From Adineta vaga (lineage: Eukaryota > Animalia > Rotifera), in contig CP075492.1 in assembly GCA_021613535.1 (NCBI GenBank), forward strand, positions 7,440,001 through 7,504,000: DNA of 64,000 nucleotides, written 5' to 3'. Position 1 is the first letter of the stretch, and each line of letters opens with the position of its first letter. The notes beneath the pieces are model-generated. The model saw only the letters and a list, made by a program, of their open reading frames with translations. It had not been told where the DNA came from and did no database searches. The position numbers and the translations under genes were made by a program. Positions 47,153 through 58,810 of the stretch are shown here, in pieces.

Positions 47153-48188
47153 ATGGATTCACCTGATGAGATTCTTGACGAACGTAAACAACGTAAATTA
47201 GCACAAATGACACGACGAGATGAAGAACGTAAAATAGATCTTCAAAATAAACAGGATGAAAGACAATCGGGCACATCAACAAATGTTGGAAGAAAATTTT
47301 TTGATCAAGAATATCCACAAATGAAAAGTGAAATTGAAGATCTATTTAGTAATTTATCAATCAATAAGGATGAAAATGCAATTCAAGACATAGCTGATCG
47401 ATTACAAAAAATGGAAAAATTTATTACAGAACATGTGGATATTTTACGTTCGCGTGATATTGCAAATGCACAAAGTAAAAAAATATTAATTTATATATTT
47501 TTAACAATTTCATCTTTTAGGTGATGTAATGAAACTTCGTACTCAATTGAATTCTTTACAAGTCGATAGTCTTTCGTCTACTCATCGTATAGATTTCGCA
47601 AAAACTCATGAAGAAAATCCTAAACAAGAACAAGAAGTAGACTCATCAAATTCTGTTTCGCCATCATCGAACCTGATCGTGTCATCAAATACAATAAATA
47701 TCTCAAATAAAAACAATGAATTGATACGTTTAGAATCATCGGATTTAGATGGAAAAGATGTGGCCATTGAGAATTTAAAACAATGTGAAATCTTTCTTAA
47801 AGGCATTCCTTCGTCTTTACAAATCAAAAATCTTCACGCTTGTATACTCATTGTTGGTCCATGTTCACGTTCTGTTCTTATTGATCAATGTCGACAATGT
47901 GAATTTGCATTAGCTTGTCAACAACTACGTGTCCATACTAGTACAGAATGTGATTTTTATGTTCATATTACTGCCCAACCAATTATTGAAGATTGTAATA
48001 ATTTGAGATTTGCACCTTACAATGTTGAATATAAATTAAAAGATAAACATGTAAAAGAAAGTGGTCTTTTATGGACAAAAGATTATTGGAATGATGTACG
48101 AGATTTTAATCATATGATACCGGGAATGCCCTCGCCAAATTGGGAAATAATTGCCGAAGAAGAACGAAAAGAATGGTCATTGGATTAA
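47153..48188 (+). CDS. TBCC: Tubulin-specific chaperone C (2 exons)
   Basis: N-terminal helical region, then C-CAP fold GPCSRSVLID, LACQQLRVH, PIIEDCNNLRFAPY, WNDVRDFNH...SPNW. Confidence 0.93.
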
Positions 48189-48537
48189 ACGATTATTATG
48201 TTCATTTCTTTTTACATTCCATTGCGATTAAAGATGACACATATGTTTAAAATACATTATTTCATCTTTCATCAATACTACTAACCTAATCATATTTTTC
48301 TTATCTCCTTGTCTTTTTCAAATCTGTGTCCTATACACATGTTCCATTTGTTTTCTATTTGAATATGTCAATACTATATCATTTTATTGTGAAGAATCTC
48401 TTATTTCCCTAGATCAAATTTTTATTTAAAACAAAAAAGAAATATGAAAACAATTTTGCATAGTTAAGACCAATGATAATTATACTTTTTTTTTCACATG
48501 TTTTTAGACACACATTGAAAATAATAATAATAATAAA

Positions 48538-51035
48538 ATGCTGGAAACTTCCAAACATTCCGATGATTATGATAAAGTAGCTATACTTGATGCTGGTTCA
48601 CAGTATGCGAAAGTTATTGATCGTCGAGTGCGTGAACTATCCATTTATTCCGAACTTATACCCTTAGAAACATCTGTTACCGAATTATTATCACGTCAAT
48701 ATAAAGCAATTATTATTTCTGGTAGTCCTGGCTCAGTCAATGATTCAACTCCTGTTTATTATGATCCAAAATTATTCGAGTGTGGTTTACCTATTTTAGG
48801 TATCTGTTATGGATTACAAATGTTAAATAAACAACGTGGTGGAACAATCGTTCGACAAGCTGTTCGAGAAGATGGACAATTTCAAGTTGAACTTAACAAT
48901 ACAGATTGTCCATTGTTCAAAAATATGTCGAAACTAGAAAATGTTCTATTAACTCATGGTGATAGTATTGAAAAGTTGGGAGAAAATTTAGTATCAATCG
49001 GTAAAAGTGAATCATTTATTGTAGCTTGTGCAGATAAAGAAAAACCGATTTATGGTTTGCAATTTCATCCCGAAGTAAAGACGTCCGTTATCGATTATTG
49101 TGAGAATCATTGAATATTTTCTTTAGGTTGATCTAACAGATAATGGTATGCAAATATTTAAAAATTTTCTTTTCGATATCGCACATTGTCGTGCAACATT
49201 TACAATGGGCAGTCGAATTGAAGAAGCATTTACTAATATTCGATCATTTGTTAAAGATCAAAATGTATTTGTTTTATGCAGTGGTGGTGTTGATAGTAGT
49301 GTTTGTGCTGCTCTATTAACACGAGCATTACCTCCCGAACAAGTCAAAATTATTAGTATTGATAATGGCTTTCTTCGTCATAATGAAGGTGTTGAAATTC
49401 GTCAAACATTATCACAATTTGCTGCTGTTAATTATATTGATGCTGGTCAACGTTTTGCACAAGCAAAAACATTTGTCCGTGCGAAAGCAACAAATGACTC
49501 GGGTATAAATACTCAACAACGAACTCCAACCTCATCGAATTTCTTAAGTTTATATGATGCTGATGTTTTACTTGAAGAAACTTTACCATTGAATGAAGAA
49601 ATTGATCCTGAACATAAACGAAAAATTATCGGTGATACATTTGTTAAAGTTGTTCAAGAATTTCTGCGAGAACATAATTTTACATTTGATGATATTATTT
49701 TGGCTCAAGGTACATTACGACCTGATTTAATTGAAAGTGCATCACATCTTGCTTGTCAAAGTGGTCATGCTGATGCAATTAAAACTCATCATAATGATTC
49801 ACCAATGGTACGAGAATTACGTAAACGTAATCGAGTGATTGAACCATTAAAAGATTTTCATAAAGATGAAGTTAGACAAATTGGTTTAACATTAGGTTTA
49901 CAACGTGATGTTGTTTTTCGTCATCCATTTCCTGGACCTGGTTTAGCCATACGAATTCTCTGTGCTGATGAAGCATATATGCCAAATGAACAATTTGCAC
50001 AAACATCAACTTTATTACGAACAATTGTTATGTATTCAACAATGGTTGAAAAACAATATGCATTGTTGCCAACTCTAGATAAGATTTTTACAAATAATGA
50101 AAAAACTCTACTTAAAACATTAACATCACCTGATAAACACGATTATACGTCAGTAGTACTACCAGTAAGTTCTTTCTAATAGAGTATAAAATTGATGAAT
50201 GTAATCTAAACAAAATGTATACGGGAATGATTACTTTAAAGAAAATTTTACAATAGACAAATTTATTGAATAGAACAAGATTTCTTTGTATTCATAGATT
50301 CGTAGTGTTGGTGTTCAAGGTGATGCACGTACATACAGTTTTGCTGCTGCCATTAGTTCCAATGATGAAAAACCTAATTGGAATGAATTATTTCTTCTTG
50401 CTCGTTTAATTACAAAAGCTTGTCATAATATCAATCGAGTCGTTTATGTTCTTGTAAATAAATATTCTCCTTATTTTCTACCATTAGAAACTTGTTTTCG
50501 ATTTTAGGGGAAAAAAATTCTTGATGCCGAAATCACTCAAGTAACGCGTACATCTTTAACACAGGATATTGTCGATAAAGCTCGTGCATGTGATTATCAT
50601 GCTATGGTTATTATGAAACGTCATCAAGCATATAGTGCAATAAGTCAAATGCCAGTTGTTTTAATTCCTATACAATTCGATCGTCAAATATATTTGAATC
50701 ATCATGAAGATATGAATAGTAATACAAATGAACAGATCAACGAACGAATCATTCCGCTTACACGTCTTCGATCAATAGCCAGTAGTTTTCAACATTCAGT
50801 TGTTTTACGTACCTTTGTAACGAAAGACTTCATGACTGGAAGACCAGCTGTACCCGGTGAAACATTTCCATTGGAAATGCTCGATGAAATGTGTGAAACA
50901 ATCAAAACTAATGTACCCGGTATTAGTCGCATTCTTTACGATTTAACATCAAAACCACCAGGTAGAATAGTTCTATTCATATTTTATTTCTTAAATTTTT
51001 TTCATTTGTTTTTAGCAACAACTGAATGGGAATGA
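48538..51035 (+). CDS. GMPS: GMP synthase (glutamine-hydrolysing)
   Basis: ILDAGSQY, PILGICYGLQ, YGLQFHPEV, SGGVDS, IKTHHND, PFPGPGLAIR, SVGVQGDARTY, YDLTSKPPATTEWE*. Confidence 0.97.
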
Positions 51036-51541
51036 AATATTACGTTGCATTTAGAATTTCGTTAGCATGTTGTTTGTCCGTGAAAACGTTCAACCTGTTT
51101 GCTTTGTTTCTGTGTTTAAAACAAATAAAACGTTCCTGATTTTCAATGTCAGAAACCCTATGAAATCGTTTACATCCATTCGTTTGATCCATAGACTAGG
51201 GGATATTGTGAAAGGAATTTTATAGAGAAATGTCATGATTAATGTGTTATATAATAATGATAAAGATGTTTACGTTTATCATCAATGACAACAGATTTGT
51301 TCTATATTCATTACTGTTTTCGGAGAAAATCTATTTTATCTTGCCTGAATTGACTATGATATTAGCTTTGTCAAACGAATCGGATCAGCTTGATACTAAT
51401 TGTCAGAATATGAAGGAAATATTTCTGGTCATACATTGTATATTGATATTATTTGAAAATTTTTAGTGTATTTATTTTTTTTGTGTCTACCTGGATAAAA
51501 TAGCGATGGCAATACTACTTCAGCAAAAACCTTACGTCTGT

Positions 51542-52006
51542 TCATTTGATAAATATTTCGCGCCAATACTTTTGGCCAATAATCAAGAATAGACCAAATT
51601 CTTCGCTCGGTGCTTTAAATGGGAAAACATGATGGCGTTGATGTGCTCGTTGAATTTGTCTCAAATATATATTTGTAGTCTTATTCCATGAAGTATATCG
51701 ATGATGAATAAATCCATCATGAATAAGAAAATATATCAAACCATATAATGTCATTCCAATACCAATAGAGAAATACGTAGGCGAATAACTAACGCAACCA
51801 ATATAGATAAATGCAATGGCAATTGTTGCAAAGATACAACTGAAGATATCATTGAGTTCTAATGATGGATGAAGTGTTCGAATATGATGAGTCTTGTGAA
51901 TAAACCAAAGAGGACCATGAAAAATGTATTTATGTAGAAACCATGAAATGACTTCCATAGACAAAATAGTGATGAGGACAATACATACATTTTCTAGTAG
52001 CCACAT
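51542..52006 (-). CDS. crtZ: Beta-carotene 3-hydroxylase (CrtZ, non-heme di-iron fatty-acid-hydroxylase family), intronless, bacterial-type
   Basis: 154 aa from ATG 52006: ME..SWFLHKYIFHGPLWFIHKTHH, LELNDIF, GIGMTLYGLIYFLIHDGFIHHRY, YLRQIQRAHQRHH, EEFGLF; all four His boxes present. Confidence 0.9.
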   Translation of the reverse strand: MWLLENVCIVLITILSMEVISWFLHKYIFHGPLWFIHKTHHIRTLHPSLELNDIFSCIFATIAIAFIYIGCVSYSPTYFSIGIGMTLYGLIYFLIHDGFIHHRYTSWNKTTNIYLRQIQRAHQRHHVFPFKAPSEEFGLFLIIGQKYWREIFIK

Positions 52007-53089
52007 CGTTATTGCTTTGCGTGTGTTGAAAAACAAAGCGAGAAACGAAATGCTCTTATGTAATCACAAGTGCAATGAGTGAACAGAATAGAAAAAAATT
52101 TTCTCCAAAGCATGTAGTTCTTTTATACGCTCATGTTCGCATTTCAAAAGAATTATCTATTCTATAGAATTTATTGCAAGATGCAAAATAAATCTTGGTG
52201 TTTCATTGGTGAATCTCAAAAAAGCAGATTCATCTTAAACAATAATTAAAAATCTAAGTTTATAGTTCTCATTGAAATCAACAATTAAATCTTTTTTTTC
52301 TACAATTGTTTAAAAACCTGATGATTATCTTTCTAAGTTCTCATTAGTTTGTGTAATCTAATAACAGCGTATGTAATTTCATTTTGCTATCTGAAAAACA
52401 CCTAACTGAAATACAAGATTTCACATCTGTCATTCGATTGAATTCAATCTATAGTTACATTCAGTTATTTGCTGAGAAGACATGTTTATTTAATCCTTCA
52501 ATCTGTATTAAGGACAAATCTGTTCTGAGAAACGACCTAAATATTGATTAATTCCCAAAAAACACGCAAGTAAATGAAATATAGCCAGAAGTAAAAAAAA
52601 GATGAGTATTCAATAGAAAGAACAATCTATTTAATAGGTCAGATGACACAATATTGTGTCTTTTTGCACTGAAAAATAGATTAGTATATGTATCCATTTT
52701 TGTATAATAGAGAAATATATGCACTCGACTACTGTATTACATATTGAAATTCTTTTCTATCATTGTTGTACGATATCATGATGATTATCAACAGCAGCAA
52801 CAGAACTATTAGTCACAGTTTTATATCTAATTAGTTCAATCATTAGAATTCTTGTTTTATATACTTCAGCACGTAGAATTTAATCCTTATGTTCATAAAC
52901 GTCAGTTCGAGCACTTTATCACATTGAGAAAACGTTCTTGAGCTTTATTATTGAAATTCTTATCATGTACAGAACAATAAAAAATCTTCGTTAGTTTTTT
53001 ATAAAATCAAAAAAAAAGAACACAAATACTTTTCTCATTTCTCAAACTTTATTTCAAACAATAAAAATTATACAATTAAAGTGTTTCTT

Positions 53090-55399
53090 TTAGTTTGTTG
53101 CTGCTTCAATTTCGTTGACTAGTTTCTTATAATTCGAATCAAAATCACTTTTGGTAAAATCTATATATAATCTTGTTCCAAGAAGCATGCCTAACCAACC
53201 ATTTGGTTTAAATTTGGCTTGTAATAATATTGGTACAAATGGTTTTTTCAATCGATAAGCATATTCAGCTTCACTTTGACAATTTGGTGATTGTTTATAT
53301 TTTTCTGTCATACATACGATCATAACATATGATTGTTCAACAGCATGTGCCATACAATCTAAAGTACTTCCATGCATATTATCGATATCCACCCATATTC
53401 GATAACCTGAATGACGAAGATATTCACAAATCTTTTGTACTAATTCTTTTGAATCATGATTATAACTTAACATAATATGTTGAGAAGAATTTGGAATAAC
53501 AGATTGATTTAATAGAGTATTATTTGTTGACATGGTTTGTTTCAATTGCCAAAGAATACCTTTCGCTGCTTGTTGTATCATTTCATTTGGATTTGTTTCA
53601 GCAAGTTGAACTAAAAGAGCAAAATATTTATCATGACTATGAATTTTTGTTGCACATGATAAATCAAATGATAAAAACCAAATTGATTCTAGAATAATTT
53701 GCACTTCTTCCTGTTGTTCAATTGACGAATGAAATTGACGAAGTATTTCAAATAATAATTCAATATTTTCATCGATTTCACCAATACGCTTTTGAAATTG
53801 TTTATGTGTACATAATTTTTTTAGACATTGAACTAAACTATACAATGAGATTTGATTCGATAAATGATAATTTGAACTATGAAATGCTTGTCGAATTGAA
53901 GAGAATAATTGTTCACAAAGATGATGACATGTATTATCTGATTCAAGTTCTTTTTCTGTAAGTAAATTTGAATAAAGTAAACATGAGATAAGACGTACTT
54001 GTTGTGCATCAGATTTAAAAAGTGGTCGACAGATTTGATTTATTATTATATCTAAATCAAATACGTGATGATCTAATGCAGAAATGTTGTAAAGAATTGA
54101 TAGACATGATGTTAGAACATGATGATGTAATTGTTTTAAAATCATTTGACCTTCACCGAGGGTAGATTTTCGAATTAAAGTCGATGTATAGTTGACAAGA
54201 GAATGAACGAAACCAAGACGATGCATTTCATCAGCAAGAAGATTTGTTTCAATATCAGCACTTGTTAATAGATTACTTAAACATTTAACGAGATACCATA
54301 ATGGAACTGTTGTACCACATTCGATCAATGCATCGAAAAGATGTTTAAAAGTTGAGGCGAATGCACAACTATGAATTTCTATACCAGGATGTAGAACAAA
54401 TTCACCCAATAGATTAAGTATATGTGTAAAAACAAAGACACGATCATTGGAATCTGTTTGTGATCGAGCCGTTTCATCGAGAATACATTGTACGAAATAA
54501 TCCGTATTTTTTGCTAATAATAATGGTACAATAATAGAATGATAGAAATCAGTATGATTAACAAGATAAATTGAAAAACGAGGTAGAGGTGCATATAAAA
54601 GAAAAACTGTTAAAATTTGATTGATTAAAATGGATGAAGTAACTAATGAAGATTCGAGAAGATATATAACAAGTCGTGTACTATAATCAATGATTGATAA
54701 AGATTCATGTGTTAATGATTTTCGACGATGATTAAACATAAAACAAGATACAAGTGATTGAGAATGTACGTTATGTACTGATGATGTCGTAGAAAATAAA
54801 TCAGTGAGGAAATCATTTTGATTTTTACAAATAAGAGAATATTGTTCAATACATGAATATATTGCTAAATGAAGATCTTGACTAAAAAAAGAAAGAAGAT
54901 AAAACAAAGAAATCGTATCTGTCATTTATTGATCACGTAGATATGCTTACCTAACAGATTTAGTTAAATAAAAATTCGTATCATCTTTAAGCCATTGAAG
55001 AATTGAACGCATAACTATTCCACCTTGCTCGCTTGCTGCCAATTCTGCATCTAATTGACATAAACATTTGAATAATCGACAGACAATCTGAGCTAATTGT
55101 TGTTGTTGTTCATAAACTTTTCCTTTCAATTTCCATAATTTTATTCGATCAATCGAAGAATGGATGATATGAATAATATCAATCAATGATTGTAATGAAT
55201 GACAAACGACTGGTTTTCTTACTTCTAACTTAGAAATCAATTGTTCTAAATCATCTATCGAAGTTTTTGTATGATTTCGAACATCACGAATTTTTAAACG
55301 TGAACATTTGATCAATAGTTGTTGTGTTGATTCATCAATCGCCATCATTTTGATCGGTATATTGTTCGAATGTATATTTATTTGCATATACTCTTTCAT
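53090..55399 (-). CDS. ARM/HEAT-repeat protein with C-terminal TIR (TIR_2-type) domain; intron 54950-54882
   Basis: Long helical region with ARM-like motifs (LYNIS, IWFLSF, AAKGILWQL), then HIMLSYNH...IWVDIDNMHGS...SPNCQSEAEYAY...PILLQ...GWLGMLLGTRLYIDF. Confidence 0.9.
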
Positions 55400-56783
55400 G
55401 ATTACTCATATAAGTTAAAGAACGAATACAAAAAGAAAAGAGAAGAAGAAAGAAAAAAGTAATTTTTTTCTTTCGTTCGTTCGTTCTATCGCATCCAACA
55501 AACGAAATACGCAATGTGAATGAACTTTTAACATCTCATTACCGTTAGAAAAAGATGGTATCAGCTTGAATAGTAAAAATGAAGAGAGAAGAAAGAAAAA
55601 TGACATTCATTAGTTATCACTATTTTGAAATAAAAGAATGTAAACGTAACAGAGTACATTATGATCTGAGAGATAAACTAGACATGAACTTCGAAATATT
55701 ACACATTTGCAAACTTTTTCTTTTTTTTCTGTTCAACTAATAGAACGATATTATATGATGTAATATATCGACGAAATGAAATTCTATAGTTTATAAAGAA
55801 AAAGAAAATCAATATTTTCAAATTTCATCGAGTTTTATTGAATTTGAAGTCATCATTGAATCTAATACTAGCAACTCACATATATCATTGTGCGTATATC
55901 GCGTCTAAAATGTTATGAAAAAGTCTGTTTGTGATAATGAAACAAAAGATTTCATTGTGTTGTAAATCTACATTCTTTCTTCTCTGCTAAACGTAAGATA
56001 TTTTGTGCAATATGTGTAATATCCCTCAGGAAAATTGCTTTTTCATACAACAAAAATAGACATTACAGCTGTTTATTAGCGAATTGCTACATTGAAATAG
56101 ATTTATATTCATTAAATACATCTGATCCGTAACCGTCAACGGTTAGTTGAGGTTGAAACAGCAATCGATTTGAATTGATTCTGTTTCTGATCTAATAACT
56201 TAGATAAACTATTGCATTCTTTAGCTGAATTAGTGAATTACATGTTTGGCGAAAATAAATATTATCATTCATGATATTTTCAACATCACAGTTTTACCTT
56301 CAATCAAACCTTGTATTGTATATCATCAAATGGCCCGTCCCTTGACTATTGTAAATGAATATATACGTTATACAAGAGTCATACTATCAATATACAGCGA
56401 CATCTATGTTAAGATTTTAGAATAAAAACAACTCATAAACATCAATATTTTATTATAATTATTAATTAATTTTTCGGAAAAGAAATTCTTTCGAACTATT
56501 TATTTTCTTACATTCCAGTAAATAATGTTTTGTAATCTTTCGTCTATCAATCGATTGTATGTTGTGCCTATATTCTTCTTCCTCAGATATAATATTGTTT
56601 ATTTATTTTTAACTGACTGATTATCTCATAAATAGATTTTCTTGCTTCAGATTCTTATTTGTTTCTTCCATTAATTCACCTTCAATTGTTGTTTTCTCTC
56701 AATGTGTTGGTTTTGTTGTACTAACTTTACCTTATTATTTAATCATCAAATTCAAATCTTACATTTTGTCAATTCTTTTCCCA

Positions 56784-58465
56784 ATGGTGTTACCTCGTCC
56801 AAGTCCAACACTTACAACTCAATGTGAATTAAATACTAAGAAACGTCAAACAACAATTACGAACAGTAAATTAAAAAAGAAATCTAAGCAACTTGTATTA
56901 ACCACAAAAACAATTCAAACTAAACGCAAGAAATTAACTAAAGTAAACTTTTTCATATCATATCTTATCTTTATAAACAAACGTATTTCATAATAAACAT
57001 TACATTTTCTTCTAGCGTGTCGATTTAAACGATCCAACAATCAATACAATAACCTTACGACGAAGTCGTCGTTTAAAAAATAAAACTAAACAATCAATTC
57101 CTCTTCCTTGTTCAAGTAAAAAATCGTATCCATTACGTTCGCATAGACGACGTACAAAGAATTCTTGTTCACATTCATTTAAACAAGATCAACTAGTTTC
57201 ATCCATGGGTTTACGTAATGGTAAAATCATTAATCTACGATCATTGATATCGGATTCAACACCAGCTCAAGAACTAACAACATCATCATTACCATTATTA
57301 TCATTTAATCCATTACCAATATCGCATCAAAGTCCATTACCCTGTTCATCGACGGGTACACATCATAATAATAATATTAATAATAATAATAACAATAATA
57401 ATAACTATGATTTTAATTCACTCTTTTATTATTCGAATCTCACGAATCATCCATCATTAGATCCAAGTAATTATTTTCCTGCTCGATTGGATATTCTTCT
57501 TGATCGTCCACCTGCATCACGCGAAAAACAACTTGAATATGCTTGGAATCAGGAAGATCGTTCAATGAATATTTTTGTTAAACATAACGATCCATGTACT
57601 TTTCATAGACATGTAAGATAAAGAATTTACATTTCATAATGTCTACTGTTCTATTTCTATTAGCCTGTCGCGCAAAGTACCGATGCTGTTCGATGTAGAA
57701 AAGGTTTCTCAAGTGGAATTCATGTATGGGAAATTGAATGGTAAGTGAATAATCAATGTTAAAGTTCATTTTAAAGTTTCATATTTAGGAATACAAGACA
57801 ACGTGGTACACATGCAGTTGTTGGTGTTGGAACATTAAAAGCTCCACTTCATTGTCCTGGCTATCAAGCTCTCGTCGGCATGACTCAAGAATCATGGGGA
57901 TGGGATTTAGGTCGAAATAAACTTTATCATAAAGGTATCAATACTGTATATGCATCAACACAATATCCTCTGACAACACCAGGCTTTCCTGGATTATTAT
58001 CTTCAACAACAACAACAACATCATCGACAATCGCTGATCCAGCTGATGCATTAAATAATAATGGCATTGCATATTCAACAAAATCTGATGATTATTTTGT
58101 TGTACCTGATAAATTTCTTGTGATTCTCGATATGGAAGAAGGAACATTATCATATATTGTTGATGGACAATATTTAGGCGTTGCATTCAGTGATCTTAAA
58201 GATAAAGGTACACTTTATCCAATTGGTGTCATCAGTATGGGGACATTGTGAAATTACGATGCGTTATATCAATGGATTGGAACGTAAGTTATTATCAACT
58301 ATATATTCTATGAAATATACCTATATATTTATTCTAGCTGAACCACTTCAATTAATGGATACATGTCGTAATGTTATACGTAAACAATTAGGACGTACTA
58401 ATTTACATTTAATCAATCAATTACCATTGCCTACTTCTCTTCGAAATTATTTAGTTTATCAATAA
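56784..58465 (+). CDS. SPRY domain-containing SOCS box protein (SPSB1/4, gustavus-like), with an apparent +1 frameshift at ~58225
   Basis: [79 protein letters not shown] box PLQLMDTCR...[11 protein letters not shown]. Confidence 0.9.
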
Positions 58466-58726
58466 AAGAAGAAAACAAAAAACCAAGACAATTATTTATT
58501 TTCCTTTCTTGACGTTCATTTTCTCTTTCTTTCCATAAACTTTCTTCTCTATTACTCAAACAGTGCTCTGTATCATATATAGATAGATGTTTTTTTTTTA
58601 TTTGTTTGTTCCCTCATATATTGAAAACAGAATTTTTTTTGTGTAATAGCTTGTTCTTGGACGTTTTGCTTGTATATTGTTGTGTGTGATCAGTTTTCTT
58701 TTCAATGCTGGATAGCATGTATATAT

Positions 58727-58759
<33 letters not shown>

Positions 58760-58810
58760 AATGAATGTTGAGCACAATGATAGAATGTTTTATTCTTGCA
58801 GATTTTGTTC

